49,902 nucleotides of DNA from Escherichia phage Tls, in the sequence record AY308796.1, one strand, 5' to 3'. Below, one piece after another: positions 1 to 8,308 of the stretch. Each line of letters starts with the position of its first letter. The stretch's first letter is position 1. The notes below the pieces were generated by a model. The model made no database searches. It was not told where the DNA came from and was given only the letters and a program-made list of their open reading frames with translations. The position numbers and the translations under genes were made by a program.

Positions 1-60
1 AGATTTTGTGATTGAAATTGATTTGATTTGATTAGATTTGAGTAGTGAGTGAGTAGAAAT
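1..60. repeat. short iterated GATT/GAGT units at window start (gattgaaattgatttgatttgattagatttgagtagtgagtgagtag)
   Basis: Read directly; low-complexity tandem 4-6 nt units in non-coding DNA, continuous with GAT-rich window end if the genome is circular or terminally redundant. Confidence 0.5.
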
Positions 61-129
61 AATCACACCTTGCCGATCTCGTGAAAACTTTCCTGCAAAA
101 CAATCCTCCCTGGCTGGCGCTTGTATCTT

Positions 130-450
130 TTCGTTCTCGACCGTTCACGAATCCATCCGGCGTAGTTCTCCGACGGTGTTTCGCGTTAGCCACACAAAAA
201 GAACAAAATTATACCCTATATAATAATAATTAAAACAATAGGTTAGTTATATATATTAATTTATATGTTCTTTTATGTATAGCGTGTTCCATAGGGTATG
301 TGGTAGGGTGTGTATGATTGATATTGCTGTCTGTATATTATTTAGCCAATTGGGATTGATTTTGGTATTTGGCTTCAAAAATGTATATATGTATATAAAC
401 CCGCGAAAAATCGTGAACACGTGAACAGCGATGGAACAAGAATTTATTTT
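130..450. repeat. AT-rich non-coding element, copy A (homologous to 28760-29020)
   Basis: Shares ordered blocks with copy B: gttcac..gaatccggcgta, acaaaaagaacaaaatta, GT-rich gtgg tract, gtatatatg, cgtgaaca(x2), atggaaca; no credible ORF or RBS. Confidence 0.6.
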
Positions 451-522
451 CAGGAAAATCATCGACTTGAAATTTAATTTTGTGTGAGCGTGGGTATGGA
501 ACGTTAGCACACAAAAAACTAC

Positions 523-551
523 TTGACGAGAACAAACGGCGGCGATAATAT
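523..551 (+). promoter_or_regulatory. sigma70-like promoter TTGACG-N17-TAATAT
   Basis: -35 TTGACG at 523-528, 17-nt spacer, -10 TAATAT at 546-551, about 40 nt upstream of first gene. Confidence 0.55.
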
Positions 552-588
552 GCCTCCACCAACTAACCAAACAGGAGGATAACCAATC

Positions 589-1038
589 ATGGCAACTACC
601 AAAGAGTTTTGCGACAGCTTGCGGTTGCTGGCTAAAAAGCTGGCAGACGGAGAGCTACAGGAATTCGTCATCACTGACGCAACCATTACCGATAACCTGG
701 ATGAAGATGACCAGAAGAAGATTAACGCTTCATACATCCGCACGATCATGAATCGTGTTCCAGAGGTGAAGGAGATCGGAACGGTTTCAATTACTCGCAC
801 TGATCCGGTTGAGGAAGCGCCAGGTTTTAAGGTGGCAATCAACCGCGAGGCAAAGCGACAGGTATTCACAAAAAATGATATTCCGGCACTGGAAAAGCGG
901 ATCGGTGAGCGAATCGCCAAACGACTGCTAAACACAATGCCAAATATCACGGATCTGGAAGGTGAACAACTCCAGGGCGCGGCAATCGGAATTAAGCGTT
1001 ATCAGGATCTGATTAAGTCATTTGCAACGGGGGAATAA
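589..1038 (+). CDS. hypothetical early protein (149 aa)
   Basis: ATG with SD aggagg 8 nt upstream; first gene after promoter. Confidence 0.6.
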   Translation: MATTKEFCDSLRLLAKKLADGELQEFVITDATITDNLDEDDQKKINASYIRTIMNRVPEVKEIGTVSITRTDPVEEAPGFKVAINREAKRQVFTKNDIPALEKRIGERIAKRLLNTMPNITDLEGEQLQGAAIGIKRYQDLIKSFATGE

Positions 1039-1041
1039 GCC

Positions 1042-1290
1042 ATGAAATACGAAACCAAAGAGAAGATCGCAAAGGTTATTGTTGATGAGTTTGGACGCGT
1101 CGAACTAACACAGGAACAATGGGAGGAAATCAAAGAGGCACACAGACACATGATTTCACCACGCGTGATTGTCAGATCTGGAGGCAGTGAATTTAAATAC
1201 GTGGCTGATTCTCCAGCGCTTAAAACGGCTGTTAACGTACTGCTTAATAGTGGCGAAGAATTCGAAGTTGTCAAGGAGCGCGTAGATTGA
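1042..1290 (+). CDS. hypothetical protein (82 aa)
   Basis: ATG 3 nt after previous stop; ORF-track ORF. Confidence 0.55.
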   Translation: MKYETKEKIAKVIVDEFGRVELTQEQWEEIKEAHRHMISPRVIVRSGGSEFKYVADSPALKTAVNVLLNSGEEFEVVKERVD

Positions 1291-1302
1291 AAGCATTCGC
1301 CT

Positions 1303-1500
1303 TTGTCGCCGCAATGTGGTGTGTTGTTATTGATAGTCCTGGCGTGGCGCTGGTTGTGTTGGGTCTTATTTTATTGGGGGTGTTTGATGAATAAGAAACT
1401 TTTAGATCATGCCGTGGTGTTCTTTATCGCTGCTGCTGGATTTTCGCTGTTGTCAATTGCTTTTTCAATCCTTGCTTTTGCCGTGTCAATGCTGAAATGA
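1303..1500 (+). CDS. small hydrophobic membrane protein; start uncertain (TTG 1303 or ATG 1387)
   Basis: ORF-track start is TTG; in-frame ATG at 1387 has SD ggggg; product is almost entirely hydrophobic. Confidence 0.4.
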   Translation: MSPQCGVLLLIVLAWRWLCWVLFYWGCLMNKKLLDHAVVFFIAAAGFSLLSIAFSILAFAVSMLK

Positions 1501-1520
1501 CGGATTACATCCTGATTGGT

Positions 1521-1566
1521 AAATAGCACTTTTTGTTAAAACTCAATTGGGGTGGTTTGACATAAT
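1521..1566 (+). promoter_or_regulatory. motif promoter: AAATAGCACTTTTTGTTAAAAC + 18 nt + TGaCATAAT
   Basis: 22-nt conserved motif 1521-1542; TGn-extended -10 CATAAT at 1561-1566. Confidence 0.55.
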
Positions 1567-1597
1567 TACCCCATTGAAACGAAATGAGGAAAATAAA

Positions 1598-1855
1598 ATG
1601 TTTGAACTGAAACGCGTAACTGTTGAGATCCTGAATGATGGCTCTTATGACGGCATGAAACACTTAACCTTCCCGATCCGCATTGAGAATTGCATTGATT
1701 ATGGGATTGAAGTTGGAATGGTTGACGTTCCGCTTGATGCACTTATCGCGGCTGGCTATGACAAAGAGAAAGGCCAATGTGCCGATATACCGGATAGCTA
1801 TGAAAGCGACACACATTTCCCGTTCACATATGGCGAATGCCGGATTGTTGATTGA
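1598..1855 (+). CDS. hypothetical protein (85 aa)
   Basis: In-frame ATG with SD gagga; ORF-track start 1547 is TTG lying inside the promoter. Confidence 0.55.
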   Translation: MFELKRVTVEILNDGSYDGMKHLTFPIRIENCIDYGIEVGMVDVPLDALIAAGYDKEKGQCADIPDSYESDTHFPFTYGECRIVD

Positions 1856-1864
1856 GGTTATAAA

Positions 1865-1945
1865 ATGAGCAGTTGGCACAATGAGCACGTAATGCAATTC
1901 TACCGACACAGAATAAAGAAAATGCTAAATAGCACGAATTGCTAA
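1865..1945 (+). CDS. possible micro-ORF (26 aa) ending ...NSTNC inside promoter motif
   Basis: ATG 1865 with SD gagg; stop TAA is the TTGCTAA of the motif; below ORF-track size cutoff. Confidence 0.25.
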   Translation: MSSWHNEHVMQFYRHRIKKMLNSTNC

Positions 1946-1972
1946 AACTAAATCAGGGGCATTTGTTATAGT
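1927..1972 (+). promoter_or_regulatory. motif promoter: AAATAGCACGAATTGCTAAAAC + 18 nt + TGtTATAGT
   Basis: Motif 1927-1948; -10 TATAGT 1967-1972. Confidence 0.55.
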
Positions 1973-2006
1973 GTCCCTAGTTTAGTTAAGCAAAGGAGAA
2001 TCAACA

Positions 2007-2573
2007 ATGTTAAGCATCGAAAAAATCAACTTCCCGATCACCTTTAAATTCTATCAGCCTGACATGCAAGTTACCTTCACCAGTAAAACGCGCGGAGAGT
2101 GGAAAGGTGGTGGAATAACAGGATTTAAACTTGAGTATTTCGTTAACAAGCACAACAACAAAAATCCAGATAATATCCCTGGCAAAGATGGGTATTACAT
2201 AATGGCGGCTTGTGGCAAAGAAGAAAAACGCGAGGATAACGATCTGTTAGACGCTTTGAAATATTTAAATATCAAGCCTGGCCAGGTCAATTTAAACGGT
2301 GCTGTATTCACTGCGTCAGTAGGTGCTAAAGATTACGATTACATTTGCAATGTTGAAAATATGCCAGTTGGCGCAACGCTGTTAGGTGTTCAGCGTGAAA
2401 ATGGCGAATGGGACGAGTTGAAATTTAAACCGCGCCGCATTGAAGTACACGACGATGTTATTTGCTTGCTTTCCGGTTATGCTGGTGGCTACAAGAGCGG
2501 TAATAATTACGGCGCTGAAATCAACATTAAGATCGGTACTAACGTAAAAATCAAAAACAGCACGAATTGCTAA
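2007..2573 (+). CDS. hypothetical protein (188 aa)
   Basis: ATG with SD aaaggag; stop codon TAA lies inside next motif copy. Confidence 0.6.
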   Translation: MLSIEKINFPITFKFYQPDMQVTFTSKTRGEWKGGGITGFKLEYFVNKHNNKNPDNIPGKDGYYIMAACGKEEKREDNDLLDALKYLNIKPGQVNLNGAVFTASVGAKDYDYICNVENMPVGATLLGVQRENGEWDELKFKPRRIEVHDDVICLLSGYAGGYKSGNNYGAEINIKIGTNVKIKNSTNC

Positions 2574-2600
2574 AACAGAATTTTGGGCTTGCTGTATAGT
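2555..2600 (+). promoter_or_regulatory. motif promoter (variant AAACAGCACGAATTGCTAAAAC) + 18 nt + TGTATAGT
   Basis: Motif 2555-2576 overlapping stop of upstream gene; -10 TATAGT 2595-2600. Confidence 0.5.
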
Positions 2601-2633
2601 AAGCTCATACCAAACAACGAAAGGGATCAAAAA

Positions 2634-2948
2634 ATGGAATTAGCACGTAACGCGGTTTATGGCTTACACCTCAAAGGCGGTAAAGGTTCAACATATGCGC
2701 ACCTGTTTCATGTTAACGAGCGCGGCCAGGTTGATATCGCAATGCATGTTGACCAACTGGTTAAAGGTAGTGAGTCCGACAAATTCAGACCGGATTTAAT
2801 TGAATATGATCACGCGTACAGCCACGACCACTGGCTATATGGTTATAAGTTTACAATGCTGGATAGCCATGTTATTGACACAAGCAAGTTAACAAAACGA
2901 GACTATAAGCGCATGGCTCGCAAAATCTTGAAGCAGAAAGCGCAATAG
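2634..2948 (+). CDS. hypothetical protein (104 aa)
   Basis: In-frame ATG with SD aaaggga; ORF-track start 2583 is TTG. Confidence 0.55.
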   Translation: MELARNAVYGLHLKGGKGSTYAHLFHVNERGQVDIAMHVDQLVKGSESDKFRPDLIEYDHAYSHDHWLYGYKFTMLDSHVIDTSKLTKRDYKRMARKILKQKAQ

Positions 2949-2988
2949 CACGAAATGTTAAGCGGTCATGTGTGCTGATTGGTACAAT
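2944..2988 (+). promoter_or_regulatory. degenerate motif promoter (AATAGCACGAAATGTTAAG) + TACAAT
   Basis: Partial motif overlapping stop of upstream gene; -10-like TACAAT 2983-2988. Confidence 0.4.
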
Positions 2989-3020
2989 GACCGCATCAAC
3001 CAACAAGAGAGGATAGAAAA

Positions 3021-3128
3021 ATGTCAAAAGAATCAATTAAGCAGTTTCTGAAATACGGCTCTATGATTGTGCTCGCTACCGTTGTGCTGGCTGGCATCGC
3101 GTATAGCATTATTGAGTTTGCGGGGTAA
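3021..3128 (+). CDS. small membrane protein (35 aa)
   Basis: ATG with SD gagagga; hydrophobic core IVLATVVLAGIAY; stop abuts next start. Confidence 0.4.
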   Translation: MSKESIKQFLKYGSMIVLATVVLAGIAYSIIEFAG

Positions 3129-3131
3129 TTG

Positions 3132-3695
3132 ATGTTTACGATCAACTTGTGGGGAAGGGATTATGTTAATCCCTATGTTGCGACAAAACAGCGTTTCGTT
3201 ATTTTCGACCTAGACGGCACATTGTCAAATGGTGAGCACCGCTTGCACCTGTTGCCAACAGTTGATTTGCATCTTACTGAAAGCTGGAGTGAGTTTAATC
3301 GCGCCGCAAAGGATGATTTACCATTCATGGATAACATAGCCGTTTGCAATGCCATGTTTGATGCCGGATACCTGGTTATCATCCTAACTGGTCGGAGTGA
3401 TGAAGTTGAGGCAGAAACGCGAGCATGGTTAGCTGAAAACGGCGTTTCTTTCGATTGGCTGATTATGCGCCGCGCGGAGGACAACCGGAAAGATACCGTG
3501 ATCAAAGAGGAAGTTTTACGGACTATCGGACTTGATCGCATTGTCGCATGTTGGGATGACTCACCAAACGTTATTTCACACCTGCGCGGCCTGGGCTTGA
3601 CTGTTTACCAGGTCATTGAATACGGCGAGCAGTTACACGATCACTTAAAGTCTCACGGCGTGGAGGAATTGAGCAATGACAGCAAAGTTAATTGA
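3132..3695 (+). CDS. HAD-family phosphatase resembling the 3'-phosphatase domain of T4 polynucleotide kinase
   Basis: HAD motif I FDLDGTL; downstream blocks ILTGR, RKDTVIKEE, WDDSPNV resemble Pnk phosphatase domain (from memory, not searched). Confidence 0.65.
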   Translation: MFTINLWGRDYVNPYVATKQRFVIFDLDGTLSNGEHRLHLLPTVDLHLTESWSEFNRAAKDDLPFMDNIAVCNAMFDAGYLVIILTGRSDEVEAETRAWLAENGVSFDWLIMRRAEDNRKDTVIKEEVLRTIGLDRIVACWDDSPNVISHLRGLGLTVYQVIEYGEQLHDHLKSHGVEELSNDSKVN

Positions 3696-3864
3696 AGATC
3701 GGCATGGTGATAATGTGCTGATTTACAAAAAAGGTGAATCAGTGTGGATTGATTGCAAACATTGGGATGATACAAATTTGCAGTTTCGCGGAATCTTTGA
3801 CAAGAAAGGCGCGTTGGAGTTAGCGGAGCACATCAAGCGGATTGCGGAAGAATTACCAGAATAG
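3676..3864 (+). CDS. hypothetical protein (62 aa)
   Basis: ATG overlapping previous gene end. Confidence 0.5.
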   Translation: MTAKLIEDRHGDNVLIYKKGESVWIDCKHWDDTNLQFRGIFDKKGALELAEHIKRIAEELPE

Positions 3865-3874
3865 AGGGTTTATT

Positions 3875-4060
3875 ATGTTGACTTTTATCTTGATCGCTAT
3901 CGTTTTAATTCTGTATGTTTGCGGCGCTTTCCTGATGCGAGCGCTACTAAAAGAGGCTGACGCTGATGATAAGGATAGTTGGAAGCCGATTGTTTTGTGG
4001 CCTGGCTATATCATCGTGCCGATTTACGAACTAATCCGCGATGGTGAGTTTAAGTGGTAA
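3875..4060 (+). CDS. small membrane protein (61 aa)
   Basis: In-frame ATG with SD agaggg; TM segment LTFILIAIVLILYVCGAFL. Confidence 0.5.
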   Translation: MLTFILIAIVLILYVCGAFLMRALLKEADADDKDSWKPIVLWPGYIIVPIYELIRDGEFKW

Positions 4061-4104
4061 ATAGCACTTTTTGCTAAAACTTGCTAAGGCACATTTGATA
4101 AAGT
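4059..4104 (+). promoter_or_regulatory. motif promoter: AAATAGCACTTTTTGCTAAAAC + 18 nt + TGaTAAAGT in hairpin loop
   Basis: Motif 4059-4080; perfect 8-bp inverted repeat aaggcaca/tgtgcctt (4086-4111) flanks -10 TAAAGT 4099-4104. Confidence 0.55.
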
Positions 4105-4137
4105 GTGCCTTGTCGAGACAAGCAAGGAGAATGACAC

Positions 4138-4392
4138 ATGAAACATTACAGGTGCGGCAGTCTTATTTATCGTGACGATGGGGTTAATATTTTTGTTGCA
4201 TATTATGACAAGATGGAATTTTTTGAATCCATTTACACAAGGCGCGTTTTTAATTCAATGGTTGATGCCGGATTCATGAAAGAGTGCGAGCCACCAAAAG
4301 CGAAGCCGTTTTATAAAAATGTTGATTTCTGGCATAACGCCGTATTGATCACAATTCTGTTAATTCTTTCTATGGTGTTTATTTTCTTATGA
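4138..4392 (+). CDS. hypothetical protein with C-terminal TM segment (84 aa)
   Basis: ATG with SD aaggaga; C-terminal hydrophobic tail. Confidence 0.55.
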   Translation: MKHYRCGSLIYRDDGVNIFVAYYDKMEFFESIYTRRVFNSMVDAGFMKECEPPKAKPFYKNVDFWHNAVLITILLILSMVFIFL

Positions 4393-4571
4393 TGCTTGAT
4401 AACCGTAAAGAGACTGAAAAAACGATCAGCTATCTGCGTGAGCTTGCCGATAGACTGGAAAACGGCGAAGTTGGATTAAATGATATTACTATTGAAGCGC
4501 GTAATATTTGTTGGAACGTTGAAGAAGAAACATTAACACTACAAACTGTTAAGGCGGTAAACAATGGCTAA
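4389..4571 (+). CDS. hypothetical protein (60 aa)
   Basis: ATGA start-stop overlap with upstream gene. Confidence 0.45.
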   Translation: MMLDNRKETEKTISYLRELADRLENGEVGLNDITIEARNICWNVEEETLTLQTVKAVNNG

Positions 4572-5139
4572 AATTATCATCCTAAATGCGCCTCCTGGTG
4601 CTGGTAAAGACACTATCGGCAAGATGATTTCTTTCTATTCGCCTGGTGAGCAATGCCGAATCATTAGCTTTAAAGAGCCAATGTTTGATATTGCATTGGC
4701 TATCCTGGGTAAAGAGAACTATCAGCGTTTCATGTTGGCTTATAATGACAGAGGGAAAAAAGAAAGGCCGCAAACATTCCTGATGGGTATGTCACCGCGT
4801 GAGTTCATGATCTGGATTAGCGAGGATGTAATCAAACCTAAATTCGGCAAGGATTATTTCGGCGTAAGGTTTAACCAGAAAGTAAAAGAGTGTGATGCTC
4901 CTGTTGTTTGCACTGATGGTGGTTTTCCAGATGAAATTATCGCTCTAATCAATGCTGGTAATGAGGTGAAGCTATGCCGCTTGCATCGCGACGGGTTCAC
5001 GTTTGCAGGTGATAGCCGCAACTACATTCGAATCAACCCCTATTACCATAAAAACGGATATAGCGAGCACGATTTTTATTTGACCGATAACAAGCCAATG
5101 GGAACCGTTAACACGATTATCAACATGTTCCTAAAATAG
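4564..5139 (+). CDS. P-loop kinase, dNMP-kinase-like
   Basis: Walker A NAPPGAGKDT near N-terminus, resembling phage deoxynucleotide monophosphate kinases; stop TAG inside next motif. Confidence 0.55.
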   Translation: MAKIIILNAPPGAGKDTIGKMISFYSPGEQCRIISFKEPMFDIALAILGKENYQRFMLAYNDRGKKERPQTFLMGMSPREFMIWISEDVIKPKFGKDYFGVRFNQKVKECDAPVVCTDGGFPDEIIALINAGNEVKLCRLHRDGFTFAGDSRNYIRINPYYHKNGYSEHDFYLTDNKPMGTVNTIINMFLK

Positions 5140-5179
5140 CACGAATTGCTAAAAATTACGCAAGGCCATTTGATATAGT
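5134..5179 (+). promoter_or_regulatory. motif promoter: AAATAGCACGAATTGCTAAAAA + 18 nt + TGaTATAGT in hairpin loop
   Basis: Motif 5134-5155; hairpin aaggcca/tggcctt; -10 TATAGT 5174-5179. Confidence 0.55.
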
Positions 5180-5219
5180 GGCCTTATTCAAGAGAAGCAA
5201 CCAATCAGAGGAATAAGCG

Positions 5220-5417
5220 ATGAAAATTAAATGCACAAAATCAAACACCATGAATCTGACAGTTGGCGCGATTTACCATATGGAAGAAGGTGTAAACGGG
5301 TTTAGCCCAACTGTTACGCATGAATACGGCGGTCAATTCTTCTTAAACGGTAAAGACGGATTATCTGTAAATGTTGGCTCTTTCGTACTTGCAGAGTTTG
5401 AGATCATGGAGGAATAA
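5220..5417 (+). CDS. hypothetical protein (65 aa)
   Basis: ATG with SD gaggaa. Confidence 0.5.
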   Translation: MKIKCTKSNTMNLTVGAIYHMEEGVNGFSPTVTHEYGGQFFLNGKDGLSVNVGSFVLAEFEIMEE

Positions 5418-5418
5418 A

Positions 5419-5583
5419 ATGTTCTGGATTCATTCGCCGCAAGGATTGCTTTATGTGCCTGGCGTTGAATTGGAAGAACGACGCGACGGCGACACGGTAA
5501 ACATCATAACGAAGGATTCAAAAGGCCATACGCTTAAAACGTATGTTTTTAACACTCCGGTTAAGGTTGAAAAAGATGATTAA
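5419..5583 (+). CDS. hypothetical protein (54 aa)
   Basis: In-frame ATG with SD ggagg directly after previous stop; ORF-track start is an upstream extension. Confidence 0.45.
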   Translation: MFWIHSPQGLLYVPGVELEERRDGDTVNIITKDSKGHTLKTYVFNTPVKVEKDD

Positions 5584-5719
5584 GATGTGGTTAATATTTA
5601 TCCTGCTTGTCATAATTGGCAATATTTTGATTGTCGCTGATTGTGTTCCTTTTGGTGGCACTGTTTTGGGTATGGCTGGTTATTACGTTGGGTATAAAGG
5701 GAATAAATTAGATGAATAG
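5576..5719 (+). CDS. possible small membrane protein (47 aa)
   Basis: ATG 5576; strongly hydrophobic; overlaps neighbours by 8 nt each; not in ORF track. Confidence 0.3.
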   Translation: MIKMWLIFILLVIIGNILIVADCVPFGGTVLGMAGYYVGYKGNKLDE

Positions 5720-5957
5720 AAAAATGCTGGTACGCGCATTCGCAAAGATTGCTAAAAGATGGGGTGATTCAGCTAAAACGCCTTACACGTTTAGCATGTA
5801 CGGTTACAAGAATGCTCGCGCATGGGGTCGCATCATTGCAGATAACTATGAATCCGAAATGCTGGAGGATTACGCAAGCTTGATTGATACGCCGCTAAAT
5901 GAATGGGGCCAGGCTGAATATGATTGTTTCGCAGAAGAAGAAATTTCTTGTTGGTAA
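5712..5957 (+). CDS. hypothetical protein (81 aa)
   Basis: ORF-track ORF with ATG. Confidence 0.5.
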   Translation: MNRKMLVRAFAKIAKRWGDSAKTPYTFSMYGYKNARAWGRIIADNYESEMLEDYASLIDTPLNEWGQAEYDCFAEEEISCW

Positions 5958-5968
5958 GGAGAATTAAC

Positions 5969-6481
5969 ATGATTGCTAAAAATAACCTTCACAACCTTTT
6001 AACTAGTGGTAATGATTATCAGGTACTGAATAGCACAAAAGACCGTTATTTTATAGAATGTGATAATGGTGATCGCATGTGGTTGCGTAAGGATTTTTTC
6101 GAAAGCGAACACCTAAGCAATGCAAAGCGGATCGCAGATGAAGCAAGCGCATTAGCAGAGCGTGAACGAATTCGCGATATAGTAGCGGAGCAGGTTAGAA
6201 ATTCTTGCTTGCCTGGTGGCGATATCTTCAAATCAATGCGCGGTGAAATGACGGTTGGAATTCAAGATCGCGTAATTGAAAAATCAGTTGATTATGTAAT
6301 TGAGAATGCGAAATTCAATGCGTTGATTGACTCAGAGCATAACGAATACGTCAAAGTATTAGAGCAACTGCGTGAAGTGCTGCGAGTGCCGGAAGGTGAA
6401 AATATTGTGACTCATGCAAAGGTTGTAAGAGCGTTGGCTGATGCTTTGCTTGACGTTTACCCAGGAATGAAGTGCAAATAG
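5969..6481 (+). CDS. hypothetical protein (170 aa)
   Basis: In-frame ATG with SD aaggag; stop TAG inside next motif. Confidence 0.55.
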   Translation: MIAKNNLHNLLTSGNDYQVLNSTKDRYFIECDNGDRMWLRKDFFESEHLSNAKRIADEASALAERERIRDIVAEQVRNSCLPGGDIFKSMRGEMTVGIQDRVIEKSVDYVIENAKFNALIDSEHNEYVKVLEQLREVLRVPEGENIVTHAKVVRALADALLDVYPGMKCK

Positions 6482-6521
6482 CACTTTTTGTTAAAACTTC
6501 CGCGAGGGCATTTGTTAAAGT
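6476..6521 (+). promoter_or_regulatory. motif promoter: AAATAGCACTTTTTGTTAAAAC + 18 nt + TGtTAAAGT
   Basis: Motif 6476-6497; hairpin gagggca/tgtcctc; -10 TAAAGT 6516-6521. Confidence 0.55.
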
Positions 6522-6555
6522 GTCCTCATTGAAGCGAAACACGGAGATTTAGAAA

Positions 6556-6765
6556 ATGGCTGTATACACTGGAAAGATGTTTGAAAGCGAAAACCCTATT
6601 TACGGCGGCACTTATGAGCTAATCATTGATGAAGATCGCGTAATTCTGGCTGATGACGATAACCAGGAATATTACGAAGTAGAAGCCGATAAATGGGATA
6701 ACGACGTTATGTTTCTTGTTGATAATAGTCGCATCAAGTTTTATGCAGTGGAGGAGGAAGAATGA
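6556..6765 (+). CDS. hypothetical acidic protein (69 aa)
   Basis: ATG with SD ggag. Confidence 0.5.
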   Translation: MAVYTGKMFESENPIYGGTYELIIDEDRVILADDDNQEYYEVEADKWDNDVMFLVDNSRIKFYAVEEEE

Positions 6766-7013
6766 TCACAATTAACCTATCAGAAGAACAAGCGAAATCA
6801 TTGTTGCGCGGCCTTGGCTGGCGAATGGGTAGCGGTAGCGAGGCGGTTGTAAACATCAAAGAGGAAGTAGCAAGAGAGCTTTTTGCACAGCTTGAGCATA
6901 AACTGATGCCAGCCTCAACAAGCGCGGCGGAGTTGGCTGTGTGGAGGCATGAAAACGGCCTTAATGAAATGGATGTTGAGAAGTGGAAGCGTAAAAACGA
7001 GGTGTTAGCATGA
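6762..7013 (+). CDS. hypothetical protein (83 aa)
   Basis: ATGA overlap with upstream gene. Confidence 0.5.
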   Translation: MITINLSEEQAKSLLRGLGWRMGSGSEAVVNIKEEVARELFAQLEHKLMPASTSAAELAVWRHENGLNEMDVEKWKRKNEVLA

Positions 7014-7348
7014 TTTACATTCACTCTTACGGAGTTGGCAAGTTTGGCAACAAACAGATCCGAAATATTCACGACACGCTCGATGAAGCAATTTCACAGC
7101 AACGCGTTTCAGGTGGAGTGGTTCAGGCGTTTGAGTCAGTGGAAAACTTAGAAAGCGAATGGATGGATCGCGAGCATATAAAGGATCTGATTGTTGATGA
7201 GGTGTCATGCCTGATTGACGATCTCACAACTGACTCGCCAGGGTCGCCGAGAAACTATGAGCCAGGCTCAACGCAATGGGATTGCTGGAAGGTCAAAACG
7301 CTAAGCAACATCCGTGATATTCTGGACGGAAAATTTAACGAAAATTGA
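7010..7348 (+). CDS. hypothetical protein (112 aa)
   Basis: ATGA overlap with upstream gene; followed by terminator. Confidence 0.55.
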   Translation: MIYIHSYGVGKFGNKQIRNIHDTLDEAISQQRVSGGVVQAFESVENLESEWMDREHIKDLIVDEVSCLIDDLTTDSPGSPRNYEPGSTQWDCWKVKTLSNIRDILDGKFNEN

Positions 7349-7357
7349 TAGCTTTTA

Positions 7358-7394
7358 AAGCGCCTCAATCGCATTCTAAGAGGCGCATTTTTTG
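7358..7394 (+). terminator. rho-independent terminator
   Basis: Stem aagcgcctc/gaggcgc followed by ATTTTTT. Confidence 0.6.
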
Positions 7395-7407
7395 GAAAGG
7401 TGATTCT

Positions 7408-7536
7408 ATGCCTGAATACATAAAACCGTCGCAGTGGTGCGCACAGAAGCAAGAGGAAGCGTTAGAGCGCGGCGACACTGACACGGCGTTGCACTACTTT
7501 GAAATGTTTCAACTTTGGAAATCAAGAGGACTGTAA
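7408..7536 (+). CDS. small hypothetical protein (42 aa)
   Basis: In-frame ATG with SD aaagg; ORF-track N-terminal extension would run through the terminator. Confidence 0.35.
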   Translation: MPEYIKPSQWCAQKQEEALERGDTDTALHYFEMFQLWKSRGL

Positions 7537-7537
7537 A

Positions 7538-7765
7538 ATGTTTGGACTTAATGAGGCTGAATATAACATTGTTAAACGTGCTGCAAAAGAGTGCATGAAG
7601 GATCTGAAAGTTGAAGTGACAAGCGGCAACAAATACGATCATATTGCGGCTGGAATTATCACCAAACATCACACGCCAATTTCTACCCTAATCACTCGAA
7701 CAAAGTTTGTATGGCTTGCTGGCTATATTGCTGGTCGATGGGGTAAGCCTGGCGAGTATGAATAA
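7538..7765 (+). CDS. hypothetical protein (75 aa)
   Basis: ATG with SD agagga, 1 nt after previous stop. Confidence 0.5.
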   Translation: MFGLNEAEYNIVKRAAKECMKDLKVEVTSGNKYDHIAAGIITKHHTPISTLITRTKFVWLAGYIAGRWGKPGEYE

Positions 7766-7787
7766 TAAGCACTTGAATCAATGAAGG

Positions 7788-7816
7788 TTGACGGCGTGTT
7801 GTCTGATTGGTAGATT
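7788..7816 (+). promoter_or_regulatory. sigma70-like promoter TTGACG-N17-TAGATT
   Basis: Read directly; followed by CGTGAACA box and a GC-rich ~130-nt leader before gene at 7948. Confidence 0.45.
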
Positions 7817-7947
7817 AAACGCCGTGAACATAAGAGACTCAATAGAGCAAAGCGCGGCGCGTTAGCCGTAAAGCCAAATCGGATGGGATTGCATTGCAAA
7901 TGACCGTCGCGGGAGCCGTAACCCGCAACCACTCAGGAGATTAATTT

Positions 7948-8157
7948 ATGAAATACACTTTGCTTTTCAAAGAAAGAGTTTTGCACCCTGGTAGCGAACT
8001 TCTTGTTAATCGCGTCATTGTTTCAGAAAAAGATTTCGATATTGATGTTCAAAGGAATGGTGTCATAATCTCAAACAAAGAAGATACAAAGGCGTTTTCA
8101 TTCCCCAAACACAACATCATCCAGATTATCGCAGAGGAAGAAAATAATGCAGAATAA
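7948..8157 (+). CDS. hypothetical protein (69 aa)
   Basis: ATG with SD aggaga. Confidence 0.5.
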   Translation: MKYTLLFKERVLHPGSELLVNRVIVSEKDFDIDVQRNGVIISNKEDTKAFSFPKHNIIQIIAEEENNAE

Positions 8158-8308
8158 AGAGATTGCAAAGGTAACTATCATCATTGAACGTGACGGCAAG
8201 AAAACGCGATACAAAAAGCGTTTTGCAAAAGGCGAGGCGGTATTAGGCAGGATCGGTGATTTTATGGTGAAATTGCAAGAGGATAAGCCGGATGGTGTTC
8301 AAAGTTAA
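8147..8308 (+). CDS. small basic protein (53 aa)
   Basis: ATG with SD gaggaag; not in ORF track (below 60 aa). Confidence 0.4.
   Translation: MQNKEIAKVTIIIERDGKKTRYKKRFAKGEAVLGRIGDFMVKLQEDKPDGVQS

Noticed and set aside
256-950. Three overlapping minus-strand ORFs (256-570, 338-562, 519-950) in the AT-rich leader and antisense to the first gene
   Set aside because: No RBS, low-complexity AT-rich codons, mutually overlapping and antisense to a well-supported gene and promoter; treated as non-coding
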